Shown in pieces: positions 20,106 through 30,352 of a DNA stretch of 64,000 nucleotides. Position 1 is the first letter of the stretch. Every line of letters starts with the position of its first letter. The notes under the pieces were generated by a model. It was not told the DNA's origin and ran no database searches. It worked only from the letters and a program-made list of their open reading frames with translations. Both the position numbers and the translations under genes were made by a program. The stretch comes from Longimicrobiales bacterium (GTDB lineage: Bacteria; Gemmatimonadota; Gemmatimonadetes; Longimicrobiales; Gaopeijiaceae): the NCBI GenBank assembly GCA_965198065.1, contig CBDAON010000004.1:2464001-2528000 (forward strand). Direction: 5' to 3'.

Positions 20106-21257
20106 ATGGCAACGATGTGGAAGGAGCGGGAAGAGAGGGGGTCGCGGCTGAATTCGCGTAGGGGCGGGGGCGTCCGCCTGGCGCTCCTGCCCGTCCTCGC
20201 GCTGGCCGCCGCCTCCTGCGGCGGCGCCGCCGGAGCGCCGGGAGCCCAGGCGGATGAGGCTGCGTTCCAGCGGGTGATCAACGTGGAGGTCCTCCCGCTC
20301 GCGAGCCGTGGTTTCGAGCAGCGGGTGCGCCTGACGGGCACGGCGCAGGCCAACCTCGACGTAACGCTCTCCGCCGAGGAAGCCGGAGTCGTCCGCGAAG
20401 TGCTCGTGGAGAAGGGTGCCACGGTGAGCGAGGAGCAGGCGCTCTTCCGGATCGACGACCGGATCCTCCGCGCGCAGGTGGCCGAGGCCGAGGCGCGGGA
20501 GGCGCTGGCCCGGGAGACCTGGGAGCGCCGGCGACGCCTCTTCGAGGTGGACGGGGTCGGGTCCGAGCTCGCCTACCTCGAGGCGCGCTACCAGGCGGAG
20601 CAGGCGACGGCCCAGCTCGCCACCTTGAACGAGCGCCTCAACCGGACGGTCGTTCGAGCGCCGATCGGGGGAATCCTCGAGGACCGCCACGTCGAGGTGG
20701 GCTCGCTCGTGGCCCCCGGGGTTCCGGTGGCCCGGGTCGTCCAGGTGGACCCGATCAAGGTGACGGGAGGCGTGCCCGAGCGATACGCGGCCGACGTGAC
20801 CCGGGGCGCGTCGGCAGCCGTGAGCTTCGACGTGCTTCCCGGGCAGACGTTCCAGGTCCCGGTGCGTTATGTGGCGGCCACGGTGAACCCGGAGAATCGC
20901 ACGTTCGCGGTCGAGCTCACGGTTCCGAACCCGGGGCGTGCCATCAAGCCCGAGATGGTGGCGAACATCGAGATCGTCCAGCGGAACCTGGATCAAGCCA
21001 TCGTGATTCCACAGGAGGCGGTGGTCCGGGTCGAGGGCGGGTACGTGGCGTTCGTGGTCGAGGACGAGGGGAGCGCGACCGTCGCGAAGGTGCGACCCCT
21101 CGTGCTGGGGACGAGCCAGCGGAACCAGGTCGTGGTGGAGGGAGGGCTTTCGCCCGGGGACCGGCTGATCGTGGCGGGCCAGGCCCAAGTAGCGGACGGG
21201 GACCAAGTGCGAATCGTCGGTACACGCGACGGCGGGTCCACGGAAGCTGACCGATGA
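20106..21257 (+). CDS. RND efflux periplasmic adaptor (MFP)
   Basis: Lipobox AASC, lipoyl motifs VEKGATV and VRAPIGG, IKPEM, IPQEAV, GLSPGDRLI. Confidence 0.92.
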   Translation: MATMWKEREERGSRLNSRRGGGVRLALLPVLALAAASCGGAAGAPGAQADEAAFQRVINVEVLPLASRGFEQRVRLTGTAQANLDVTLSAEEAGVVREVLVEKGATVSEEQALFRIDDRILRAQVAEAEAREALARETWERRRRLFEVDGVGSELAYLEARYQAEQATAQLATLNERLNRTVVRAPIGGILEDRHVEVGSLVAPGVPVARVVQVDPIKVTGGVPERYAADVTRGASAAVSFDVLPGQTFQVPVRYVAATVNPENRTFAVELTVPNPGRAIKPEMVANIEIVQRNLDQAIVIPQEAVVRVEGGYVAFVVEDEGSATVAKVRPLVLGTSQRNQVVVEGGLSPGDRLIVAGQAQVADGDQVRIVGTRDGGSTEADR

Positions 21258-24200
21258 CGGACCGAGAGAAGGGGCTGACCGAAGAAGTGCGGGAGGACGA
21301 TCCGCAGTTCCTAGCGAGGTTCAAGGAGTTCGGGCTCACGAGCTTCTCCGTGGGCCATCAGACCAGCGTCGTCGTGCTCTTCCTGATCGTGTCGGTGGCG
21401 GGGTTCTTCTCGTATCTGAGGATCCCGAAGGAATCCGCCCCTGAGATCACGATGCCGATGATCGCGATCAACACGATGTATCCGGGCGTCTCACCGGCCG
21501 ACGTGGAGACGCTCGTGACCCGTCCGATCGAGGAGGAGCTGAACACGATCTCCGAGGTGCAGGAGATGATCTCGACCTCGGTCGAGGGCTACTCCTCCAT
21601 CACGGTCGAGTTCTCCGTGGGGACGGACCTGGAGGAAGCGCTCCAGCAGGTTCGGGAGAAGGTGGGTCTCGCGAAGCCCGAGCTCCCCCCAGACGCGGAC
21701 GAGCCGTCGATCGTGGAGTTCAACTTCGCCGAAGTGCCGATCATGCAGGTGAACCTGGCCGGTGATTACGGCCTCGTCCGCCTGAAGGAGATCGGAGAGG
21801 ACCTCCAAGACCGGATCGAGCAGGTCCCCGAGATCCTTAGGGCGGATCTCCGCGGCGGTCTCGAGCGGGAGGTGAAGGTCGACGTGGATTTGCCGCGGCT
21901 CAAGTTCTACGGCCTCGCGTTGGACGACGTGGTCGAGGCAATCCGGAACGAGAACGTGAACATCCCGGGCGGATCGATCGAAGTAGGGCCCGTGAACTAC
22001 CTGGTGCGGGTGGACGGCGAGTTCGTGGATCCGACCGTCATCGAGGAGCTCGTCGTAGGGACGTTCGACGGGCGGCCGGTCTACGTCCGTGACGTGGCCG
22101 ACGTCGAGTTCGGCTTCTCGGATCGGACCAGCTACGCCCGGCTGAACGGGAGCCCGGTCGTCACGCTCGACGTGGTGAAGCGGAGCGGGGAGAACATCAT
22201 CGAGGCGGCCGAGCAGGTGAGCGCGATCGTGGCCGACATGGAGCCCCTCTTCCCCCCGAGCACTCAGGTCTCGATCACTGGGGACCAATCCCGTGACATC
22301 TACATGATGGTGTCGAGCCTCGAGAACAACATCCTCTCCGGGCTGCTCCTGATCCTCGCGGTGCTGCTCTTCTTCCTCGGGCTCAAGACCGCCGCCTTCG
22401 TGGCGGTGGCGATCTCGACGTCCATGTTCCTGTCGTTCATGATCCTGGAGCTCCTCGGGATCACGATGAACATGGTCGTGCTGTTCTCGCTGATCCTGGC
22501 CCTCGGGATGCTCGTCGACAATGCGATCGTGGTGGTCGAGAACATCTACCGGTTCGTCCAGAGCGGCTGGAGCCCCGCCATGGCGGCCAGGAAGGCGCCC
22601 GGCGAGGTCGCGCTACCCGTGATCGCGTCTACAGCCACGACGCTCGCAGCGTTCACGCCGCTCATGTTCTGGCCCGGCCTGGTCGGCGAGTTCATGGGAT
22701 ACCTGCCGCTGACGCTGATCATCACGCTCTCGAGCTCGCTCTTCGTGGCGCTCGTGATCGTGCCCGTGCTCTGCGCCGTCTTCCTGAAGCCCAAGGGGAC
22801 CCCACCGCGGCCGCTGACGCCTACGGCGAAGTGGACGCTCGTCATCGGGACGAGTCTGGCGCTCCTCCTGATTGCCGCCGGGAACCCAGCCACGGCGGGC
22901 CTTCTGGCCGCGACGGGCGTGGGGCTCTACCTGCTGAACCGGACGGTGCTGGAGCGCGCGTCCGCGCGTTTCCAGTCGGACTGGATCCCCGCGTTGATCG
23001 CTCGCTACGAGCGTGTGCTCCGCTGGTCGCTCGACCACCGTGGGGCGGTCGTGGGGCTCGCGGCATTGGTGTTTGTCACGACCTTCGGCGTGTTCGCGGT
23101 CTTCAACAACGGGGTCGAGTTCTTCCCCGAGGACATTCCCCCCAGCCAGATCGTGGTGGACGTCGAGGCTCCCGCAGGGACGCGAGTGGTGTTCAGTGAC
23201 GGCGTGGCGACGACGCTCGAAGACGAGGTCCGGGTGGTCGAGGGGTTCGAGGACGTGGAGTCCATGGTTACGACGTCGGGGAGCGGTGGGGGCGGCGCGG
23301 CCGCCATGATGGGGGGAGGAGGGCCCGGAGGCGAGAACACGGCGCGCATCACGCTGTCGATGGTTCCGTTCCAGGATCGCCGGCGCGACGGGTTCCGGAC
23401 GCTGGCGCTCCTCCAGGAAAACCTGGGGACGGGGATCGCCGGCGCGGAGATCAGCGCGGACATGCCCGACCAGGGGCCGACCGGGGGCGCACCCGTGAGC
23501 ATCGAGATCGTGGGGGAGGACCCCGCGGTCCTCAAGCAGCTCTCGGACCGCATGCTGGACGTGCTCCGGAACGCGCCCGTGGCCGAACGGCTGGTGAGGC
23601 TCGAGAGCGATCTGGACGAGGCGCGCCCCGAGCTCGCCATTCACGTGGACCGGGAGCGCGCGTCCCTGTACGGGCTCTCGACCTTAGACGTGGGCGGCGC
23701 CGTGCGCGGTGCGATCCAGGGGATCGAGGCCGCGAAGTACCGCACGGGGAACGACGAATACGACATCGTCGTCCGCCTGGCCGAGACATGGAGGAACGAG
23801 CTCTCCGCGCTCGAGGACCTCGTAATCGTCGCGGAGGGGGGTGCCCAGGTGCCGCTCGTGTCCGTCGCGACCTGGGACGTCCAGGACGGGCTCGGCTCGA
23901 TCCGCCGGAAGGACATGGACCGGCTGGCCGCGATCACGTCCGACGTGCGCGCGGGCCTGAACCAGAACGCGGTTCTGATGGAGGTGCAGGAGACGCTGGC
24001 CCCGTTTGCCGCGGACGAGATCCCGCTCGGATACCAGCTCCGGTATACGGGGCAGCTCGAGGAGCAGATGGCGGCGCAGGAGTTTCTGACGTCTGCGTTC
24101 ATCATCGCGCTGATGGCGATCGGCGCCATCCTCATCAGTCAGTTCAACTCCGTGGTAAAGCCCGTCATCATCATGACGTCGGTGATCATGAGTACCGTGG

Positions 24201-24772
24201 GCGTGCTGATCGGGCTGATGACGTTCAACATGCCCTTCGTCATCATCATGACCGGCGTGGGAGTAATCTCGCTCGCCGGGATCGTAGTGAACAACGCGAT
24301 CGTGCTGGTCGATTACATCGACGTCTTGCGTGATCGGGACGGCCTGAGCCGGATGGAGGCGCTCGTGCGGGGAGGGATGACCCGCTTCCGGCCGGTGATC
24401 CTAACGGCAGTGACGACCGCTCTCGGTCTGGTGCCCCTGGCGGTCGGGCTCAACTTCGACTTCTTCGGCCTCTATGGCGCGCTGAACCCCGACCTGTATT
24501 GGGGTGGAGAACAGGCGGCGTGGTGGGGTCCCATGGCCGTCGCGGTCATCGTGGGGATCCTGTTCGCGACGGTTCTGACCCTGCTCGTGGTTCCGGTCAT
24601 GTACTCGCTGGTGGACGACCTAGCGAGGTTCTTCCGGACGCGGTACTTCGCGGAAAGGGTCGAGGCCGGGGTCCTGGGCGGAGCGGCGGAGCCGGCGGGA
24701 GGGACCGAATCGGTGGACGGCGACGGACGGCCCCGGCGGCCCTCGGAGGTGCCCGAGCCGGTACGGGTTTGA
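21254..24772 (+). CDS. RND efflux permease (AcrB/AcrD/AcrF family)
   Basis: YPGVSPADVE, GMLVDNAIVVVENI, GIVVNNAIVLVD, RFRPVILT. Confidence 0.95.
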   Translation: MTDREKGLTEEVREDDPQFLARFKEFGLTSFSVGHQTSVVVLFLIVSVAGFFSYLRIPKESAPEITMPMIAINTMYPGVSPADVETLVTRPIEEELNTISEVQEMISTSVEGYSSITVEFSVGTDLEEALQQVREKVGLAKPELPPDADEPSIVEFNFAEVPIMQVNLAGDYGLVRLKEIGEDLQDRIEQVPEILRADLRGGLEREVKVDVDLPRLKFYGLALDDVVEAIRNENVNIPGGSIEVGPVNYLVRVDGEFVDPTVIEELVVGTFDGRPVYVRDVADVEFGFSDRTSYARLNGSPVVTLDVVKRSGENIIEAAEQVSAIVADMEPLFPPSTQVSITGDQSRDIYMMVSSLENNILSGLLLILAVLLFFLGLKTAAFVAVAISTSMFLSFMILELLGITMNMVVLFSLILALGMLVDNAIVVVENIYRFVQSGWSPAMAARKAPGEVALPVIASTATTLAAFTPLMFWPGLVGEFMGYLPLTLIITLSSSLFVALVIVPVLCAVFLKPKGTPPRPLTPTAKWTLVIGTSLALLLIAAGNPATAGLLAATGVGLYLLNRTVLERASARFQSDWIPALIARYERVLRWSLDHRGAVVGLAALVFVTTFGVFAVFNNGVEFFPEDIPPSQIVVDVEAPAGTRVVFSDGVATTLEDEVRVVEGFEDVESMVTTSGSGGGGAAAMMGGGGPGGENTARITLSMVPFQDRRRDGFRTLALLQENLGTGIAGAEISADMPDQGPTGGAPVSIEIVGEDPAVLKQLSDRMLDVLRNAPVAERLVRLESDLDEARPELAIHVDRERASLYGLSTLDVGGAVRGAIQGIEAAKYRTGNDEYDIVVRLAETWRNELSALEDLVIVAEGGAQVPLVSVATWDVQDGLGSIRRKDMDRLAAITSDVRAGLNQNAVLMEVQETLAPFAADEIPLGYQLRYTGQLEEQMAAQEFLTSAFIIALMAIGAILISQFNSVVKPVIIMTSVIMSTVGVLIGLMTFNMPFVIIMTGVGVISLAGIVVNNAIVLVDYIDVLRDRDGLSRMEALVRGGMTRFRPVILTAVTTALGLVPLAVGLNFDFFGLYGALNPDLYWGGEQAAWWGPMAVAVIVGILFATVLTLLVVPVMYSLVDDLARFFRTRYFAERVEAGVLGGAAEPAGGTESVDGDGRPRRPSEVPEPVRV

Positions 24773-24788
24773 CGGTGTGGGGCCCGGA

Positions 24789-24821
24789 GCGGGTTTGGCC
24801 CCGTTTCCGGGGTCGGCCCGC
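24789..24821. terminator. GC-rich hairpin between convergent genes
   Basis: GCGGG..TGGCCCCG-TTTC-CGGGGTCG..CCCGC just after the RND stop; no U-tract. Confidence 0.4.
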
Positions 24822-24898
24822 AGGATCGTGGAAGGATCGGGATCAGCGCTTCCGCGAGCCTTTCTGGGACCCGCGGATCGGGATGGCGGGACCGCCGC

Positions 24899-25933
24899 CT
24901 AGTGGGTCATCGCGTAGACGATGACGTTGAACCCGAGCTGGAAGGCGTAGTTCGACCGATCCCACGGATAGCAGGGTTGCTCCGCCCACTCCCAGGCGTC
25001 CCCAAGGTCGCTGTTCCAGCTGATCAGGACTAGGAGTCGTCCGGTATCGTCGAAGATGCCGCGCAGGTGCGGTTCATAGCCGTCCCGCTCGAAGTAGTAA
25101 TCCGGGTTTCCCCGGCAGCCCTGCCCATTGTTCGGGACCTGGAGAACCTCCTCGATCGGATACACGATCCTGAAGATGAGGTGATCCATCGGCATCTCAA
25201 CGATCGGATACTCCGGGAGAACCGCCGAGATGTTGTAGTAGAAGACGTCCCACTCGTAGGTGCCCCAGAAGTCGTCGATGAAGGCGAACCCGCCCGCGAG
25301 GAGGTAGCCACGGAGCCCTTCGACCTCCCGCGGCGTCAGCCCCATGCCGCCGACCTCGAGCATGTAGACCCAGGGGAACTTCCGCATGTGGGGATCGTCG
25401 AGATAGACGACGTTCTCGCACTCGAACGCGTCCATGTCCAAGATCCGCTCGAGCACGACGAGGAACTGGCGGTCCGCCTTGTTGAAGTCCACTGACCACG
25501 AGTTGCCCCGTCTCCCGAACGGGTCGCTGGAGTAGGCTCCCCGGGAGAAGTAGAACTCGCGGTAAGGGCTAGGCTCCGTCTCGAGCATGAAGTCCGGCGG
25601 GCAAGTCTGGGCCCGCGTGGTCGTGCGCGACCGGTCGAAGCCGATGTCCAAAGCGGGACGCCTCTGCGGCCACGGGACCTCGGCGGACAGGACGGACGCG
25701 AGCGACGCGGACCGCGCGGCGGCGATTCCGGCGGGGGCGTCCGCGGTAGGCCCGGCGGCGCCCGTACGTCCGTGGGCGTCGTCGGCTGCACGCGCGGCAC
25801 CGGTCCCGAGGGAGGCGTCGTCGTCGGGCCCCGTGGCCGGCGCACGGGCGTCGGCCGCCACGAGGGCCCCCACCCCCGCCGCGAGGATCGCGGCGGACGT
25901 GGCCCAGACGACTTTCCGTCGGTTGGGTCTCAT
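24899..25933 (-). CDS. DUF4159-domain exported protein
   Basis: WSVDFNKADRQF, LRGYLLAGGFAFIDDFWG, NSDLGDAWEWA, NVIVYAMTH; RR-containing signal and Ala-rich linker. Confidence 0.82.
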   Translation of the reverse strand: MRPNRRKVVWATSAAILAAGVGALVAADARAPATGPDDDASLGTGAARAADDAHGRTGAAGPTADAPAGIAAARSASLASVLSAEVPWPQRRPALDIGFDRSRTTTRAQTCPPDFMLETEPSPYREFYFSRGAYSSDPFGRRGNSWSVDFNKADRQFLVVLERILDMDAFECENVVYLDDPHMRKFPWVYMLEVGGMGLTPREVEGLRGYLLAGGFAFIDDFWGTYEWDVFYYNISAVLPEYPIVEMPMDHLIFRIVYPIEEVLQVPNNGQGCRGNPDYYFERDGYEPHLRGIFDDTGRLLVLISWNSDLGDAWEWAEQPCYPWDRSNYAFQLGFNVIVYAMTH

Positions 25934-25990
25934 GAGTTTCGCATCACCCGAGCTCATCTCATCCAATGTTAAGGACCTATCGGGCTCTGG

Positions 25991-26830
25991 TCAGCCCGAG
26001 AGCTCTTCGACGATTCGGTCGCCGGCGATCCGATGCCCGACCCAGAAGCTCCCGAACTCGGCGTAGAGCGCGCTCACCTCGTCGTATCGCATCTCCGTCA
26101 CGAGCGCCTTCAGGTCGAGGGGGCTCACCGCAAAGAGAGTGACCCCCCACTCCCAATCGTCCATTCCCACGGACCCCGAAATGATCTGAGAGATCCGGCC
26201 GGCGTAGCGGCGTCCCGTGTTTCCGTGCTCCACCATGAGGGCGGCCCGCTCGGCCATGGGAAGCGAGTACCAGTTCTGTCCCACCTTTCGCCGCTTGTCC
26301 ATCGGATAGAAGCAGACGTACGGCATCTCGTCCGGCTGAGTGGGGTGGAGGCGGGCCTGGACGTACTTCTTCGCCGCCTCTTCGGCCAGCGCCTCGTCCA
26401 CCATGGCCTGCCACGACTCGGACCCCGTATCGACCCCGCGCTCCTGGGCATCCTTAAGGAGCGCGTTCGTGAGCGAGTAGAGGCCCAGCTCGACCACCGA
26501 GACGTAGTCCGCCGTCGGTACGAGCTCCTCGGAGAGCGAGCTCCCTCGGATCTCCCGCTCCACCTGGCCCAGCGCCTCGAGGGAAGAACGGAAGTGGAGG
26601 AGCAGGATGTCGGCCCCGCCGCCCACGATACGGTAGAGCCCGCTCCAACCCTCGCTTCCCAGGTCCTCCCGGCTCCGGAGGAGCTGCGCCAGATCCTCGA
26701 CCCGGGACTGGAAGCCTCCCGCCGCGCCGTCGTCCTCGAACGCGCGGGGCGCGATGGGCTCGACCCGGAAGAACTGGTGGAGGACGTACCAGCCGTCCAG
26801 GACGTAGGGAGCGAGGATCGGATGCGCCAT
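25991..26830 (-). CDS. chdC: Coproheme decarboxylase (HemQ/ChdC; chlorite dismutase superfamily)
   Basis: GWYVLHQF, YVSVVELG, FYPMDKRR, NWYSLP, EHG proximal His, distal Gln (SQII), GMDDWEWGVTL, EMRYDEVSA. Confidence 0.85.
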   Translation of the reverse strand: MAHPILAPYVLDGWYVLHQFFRVEPIAPRAFEDDGAAGGFQSRVEDLAQLLRSREDLGSEGWSGLYRIVGGGADILLLHFRSSLEALGQVEREIRGSSLSEELVPTADYVSVVELGLYSLTNALLKDAQERGVDTGSESWQAMVDEALAEEAAKKYVQARLHPTQPDEMPYVCFYPMDKRRKVGQNWYSLPMAERAALMVEHGNTGRRYAGRISQIISGSVGMDDWEWGVTLFAVSPLDLKALVTEMRYDEVSALYAEFGSFWVGHRIAGDRIVEELSG

Positions 26831-27070
26831 GGATGCGGGTCGGGCCTCGACGGGTCGTGGACGAGTCGCGCGGGGTCGCGACGCGACGCCCGGAAACGCT
26901 GCCGCTCGGAAGGTCTCCCCGCGGCGCGCCCGTGGCAAGAAGGGCCGGATGAGCGGGCGGGCGCCGGCCGAAGGGCCGGGCCGAAACGTCGGGCTGCTGT
27001 CCTGGAGCGGCCGGGCACGAACGCGCCGGGCGCCCTGGCGAGGCGGCGCCCTTCGGGGCACATTGACACG

Positions 27071-27835
27071 ATGTCCCGCCTTCTCGTCAACTGCCTGCTC
27101 TACATCACGTTCCTCGGCGCGTGCGAGCCGTCGACGGGGGCCGGGACGATCGAGATCCTGAGGGTCCTCCCGCACGATACGTCCGCGTATACGCAGGGGC
27201 TGCTCCTCCACGAGGGGCGGCTCTACGAGAGCACCGGTCAATACGGAACGTCCACCCTCCGCGAGGTGGAGATCGAGAGCGGCCGCGCGATCCGGAGCGT
27301 CGAGGTTCCGGACAACTACTTTGCGGAGGGGCTGGCGCTCGTCGGGGACCGGTTGATTCAGCTCACCTGGAAGGAAGGGGTGGCGCTGGCGTACGACCTC
27401 GAGACGTTCCGGCAGGAGGAAGGATTCCGCTACGAGGGGGAGGGGTGGGGACTCTGTTACGACGGTTCGTCACTCTACATGACGACGGGGGGCTCGATCC
27501 TCTACCGGCGGGACCCCGTCACGTTCGAGGTTCTGGACACCAAGCAGATCCTCCGGGACGGCCGCTCCCTTTCTGGCGTGAACGAGCTCGAATGCGTGGG
27601 TGACCACATTCTCGGGAACGTGTACCAGACGACCGACATCGTGCGGATCGACAAGGCGACCGGCCTCGTCGTGGAGGAAATCGACGCATCGAACGCCGTT
27701 CCTCCCGGAGGACGCCCCAGGACGGCCGACGCGGTCCTGAACGGGATCGCGTACGATCCGGCGCGCGGCGTCTACTACATAACCGGGAAGCGCTGGCCGG
27801 CCCTCTTCGAGGTCCGTTTGGTCCCCGGGAGCTGA
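27071..27835 (+). CDS. Glutaminyl-peptide cyclotransferase (type I QC) lipoprotein
   Basis: PHD..YTQGL, ESTGQYG, FAEGL, QLTWK, EGWGL, NELE, VLNGIA, TGKRW; lipobox LGAC. Confidence 0.93.
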   Translation: MSRLLVNCLLYITFLGACEPSTGAGTIEILRVLPHDTSAYTQGLLLHEGRLYESTGQYGTSTLREVEIESGRAIRSVEVPDNYFAEGLALVGDRLIQLTWKEGVALAYDLETFRQEEGFRYEGEGWGLCYDGSSLYMTTGGSILYRRDPVTFEVLDTKQILRDGRSLSGVNELECVGDHILGNVYQTTDIVRIDKATGLVVEEIDASNAVPPGGRPRTADAVLNGIAYDPARGVYYITGKRWPALFEVRLVPGS

Positions 27836-27920
27836 GGGGCCGCGCGAGGGACGTCGGGGAGCCCGGGCGACGAGCCGGGCCTACGGGCATGAGATCACCC
27901 CACCCAACGGAGGCCAGGCG

Positions 27921-28967
27921 TTGAAGACCCGCGGAGAGGCGCTGAGGGACTATGTGCTCCGTCGGCTTCTTCTCATGGTCCCCACCTTCATCGGGATCAC
28001 GTTCGCCGTGTTCCTGCTCACCCAGTTCGTGCCCGGTGGCCAGATCGACCAGCTGCGGATGAGGCTCGCGGGGGCCGGAGGAGGGGGGGAGGTCGCTGCG
28101 GGGGGGAGCGGCCAGCTCCAGCTCGTCATTCCCGAGGAGCAGCTTCAGCAGCTGAACGAGTACTACGGCTTCGACGAGCCGATTCCCGTCGCTTACGCGA
28201 CATGGCTCTGGGACGCGGTCCGCCTGGACCTGGGTCAGTCGTTCCGGTACAGCGAGCCCGTCATCCAGGTCATCGCCGACCGGCTCCCGGTCTCGATCTA
28301 CTACGGCCTGATCACCGCATTCTTCACGTACGGGATCTGCATTCCGCTTGGAATCCTGAAAGCGATCCGACATCGAACGACGCTCGACAACGCGACCTCG
28401 GTTCTCATCTTCGTCGGGTACGCCGTCCCCGGCTTCGCGCTGGGTGCGGTTCTGAGCAACCTCCTGGCCGTACGGCTGCCGATCTTTCCCCTGGGCGGCT
28501 TCCAATCCGCGGGTGCCTCGGACCTTCCGTTCTTACAGCAGGCCCTTGATGTGGTCCAGCACTCCGTGCTCCCGCTCATCGCTTACCTGGCGGGATCGTT
28601 CGCGGTCACGACGATGCTCATGAAGAACAGCCTCATCGAGAACATGAGCTCGGACTACGTGAAGACCGCACTGGCCAAGGGGCTCACGTGGAAGCGCGCG
28701 GTGTTCGTGCACGCCCTCCGGAACTCGCTCATTCCGATGGCGACGACGGTGGGAGGCCTCCTCGGCATCTTCCTCACCGGGAGCTTCCTGATCGAGCGGG
28801 TCTTCAACATCCAGGGGGTGGGCCTCCTCGCCTTCGAGGCCATCCAGGCCCGCGACTTCCCTGTCATCCTCGGCTTCCTTGTGATCTCGAGCGTGCTCCT
28901 CATGGTCGGGAACCTGTTCTCGGATCTCGCCGTGGCCTTCGTCGATCCCCGGGTTCGCTTCGAGTAG
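27921..28967 (+). CDS. Peptide ABC transporter permease (YejB/OppB-like)
   Basis: YVLRRLLLMVPTFIGI, YYGFD, DYVKTALAKGL, HALRNSLIP, VDPRVRF. Confidence 0.92.
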   Translation: MKTRGEALRDYVLRRLLLMVPTFIGITFAVFLLTQFVPGGQIDQLRMRLAGAGGGGEVAAGGSGQLQLVIPEEQLQQLNEYYGFDEPIPVAYATWLWDAVRLDLGQSFRYSEPVIQVIADRLPVSIYYGLITAFFTYGICIPLGILKAIRHRTTLDNATSVLIFVGYAVPGFALGAVLSNLLAVRLPIFPLGGFQSAGASDLPFLQQALDVVQHSVLPLIAYLAGSFAVTTMLMKNSLIENMSSDYVKTALAKGLTWKRAVFVHALRNSLIPMATTVGGLLGIFLTGSFLIERVFNIQGVGLLAFEAIQARDFPVILGFLVISSVLLMVGNLFSDLAVAFVDPRVRFE

Positions 28968-28973
28968 ACCGAG

Positions 28974-30338
28974 ATGGCCTGGATCCGCCTCGACCCGATC
29001 ACGCGAAAGCGCCTTCAGCGGTTTCGCCGCATCAAGCGGGGGTATTACTCCTTCCTGATCCTGGCCGCGGGGATGGTCCTTTCCGTCTTCGCCCCCTATC
29101 TGGCGGAGAGTCGCGCCCTGTTCGTGTGGCACGAGGGCCGGCCGTACTTCCCGACGTTCGAGTTCTACCCGATGAACACGTTCGCCCAGGAGCCGCCGCC
29201 TGCGTGGGGGATGGGCGATCTGGAGACCGAGTACCTCAGGCTCAAGCGCGAGTGGGACCTCGAGCGCTTCCTCTACGAGCGCGAGCTGGGCGAGGTAGGC
29301 GCAGACGCGGGCGCGGCCCAGGCTCTCGACTCGGGGTACCCGAACCGGGGGAGCTACGTCATCATGCCGCCGATCCCCTGGGATCCGTTCCAGAGCGACT
29401 TCTGGCCGAACGAGATCCTGAACGAGATCGACGTCCTCCTGGAGAGGGGCGACCGTATCGGGGCGGAGCACCTCGCTCGGCGGGATGGGCTCGAAGAGCT
29501 TGGGGACGCGATCTATTCGGGTGAGATCGAGGCTCTGCTCTCCAGCCCCGAGCTGTCGTCCACCGGGGACGTCAGGGGGCTCGTGGCGACGGGAGCCATG
29601 ACATCTCTCGCCGGACTGGGGGTCGTTCCGCCGAATCCGCCCGAGTGGGATCGTCGGCACTACCTGGGCACGGACTCCCAGGGCAGAGATGTGGCGTCCC
29701 GGCTGCTCTACGGCTTCCGGATCTCGATCTTCTTCGCCCTCTTCCTGGTGCTCTTCGGTCAGGCCATCGGGACGGTGGTGGGGAGCATCCAGGGCTATGT
29801 GGGGGGCCGGTTCGACATCCTGAGCCAGCGGGCGATCGAGGTGCTCCTTTCGATCCCCATGCTCTACGTCGTGATCATCATGGCAGCGCTCTTCCAGCCG
29901 ACGTTCTGGATGCTGCTCGGGATCCTGGCGCTCACCCAGTGGATCGCGATCACCTTCTTTATGCGTACGGAGATGTACCGGGAGAAGACGCGCGAGTACT
30001 GCCTGGCCGCCCGCTCCTACGGGGCCTCGCACCTCAGGATCATCTTCCGACATCTTCTCCCGAACGCACTCACGCCGCTCGTGACGTTCACGCCCTTCGC
30101 GGTCGTCGCCGCGATCTTCGCGCTGACTGCCCTGGACTACCTCGGGTACGGCCTGCCGCCGCCCACTCCGAGCTGGGGCGAGCTGATCGACCAGGCGCTA
30201 CAGGTCGAGAACCGGGACAGGCTGTGGCTCACGTTCGCTCCGTTCGGCGCGCTCACCTTCACGCTCGTATTGGTGGTGTTCATCGGTGAGTCGGTCCGGG
30301 AGGCGTTCGACCCCAAGCAATACGCGCGCTACGAGTAG
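28974..30338 (+). CDS. Peptide ABC transporter permease (YejE/OppC-like) with large periplasmic loop
   Basis: RFRRIKRGYYS, HYLGTDSQGRDV, AARSYGAS, RHLLPN, GESVREAFDP. Confidence 0.9.
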   Translation: MAWIRLDPITRKRLQRFRRIKRGYYSFLILAAGMVLSVFAPYLAESRALFVWHEGRPYFPTFEFYPMNTFAQEPPPAWGMGDLETEYLRLKREWDLERFLYERELGEVGADAGAAQALDSGYPNRGSYVIMPPIPWDPFQSDFWPNEILNEIDVLLERGDRIGAEHLARRDGLEELGDAIYSGEIEALLSSPELSSTGDVRGLVATGAMTSLAGLGVVPPNPPEWDRRHYLGTDSQGRDVASRLLYGFRISIFFALFLVLFGQAIGTVVGSIQGYVGGRFDILSQRAIEVLLSIPMLYVVIIMAALFQPTFWMLLGILALTQWIAITFFMRTEMYREKTREYCLAARSYGASHLRIIFRHLLPNALTPLVTFTPFAVVAAIFALTALDYLGYGLPPPTPSWGELIDQALQVENRDRLWLTFAPFGALTFTLVLVVFIGESVREAFDPKQYARYE

Positions 30339-30352
30339 GAGGCCATACGAAC

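Noticed and set aside
25991..26830. Chlorite dismutase assignment
   Set aside because: Distal residue is Gln, not Arg, and the ChdC Tyr/Lys motif is present.
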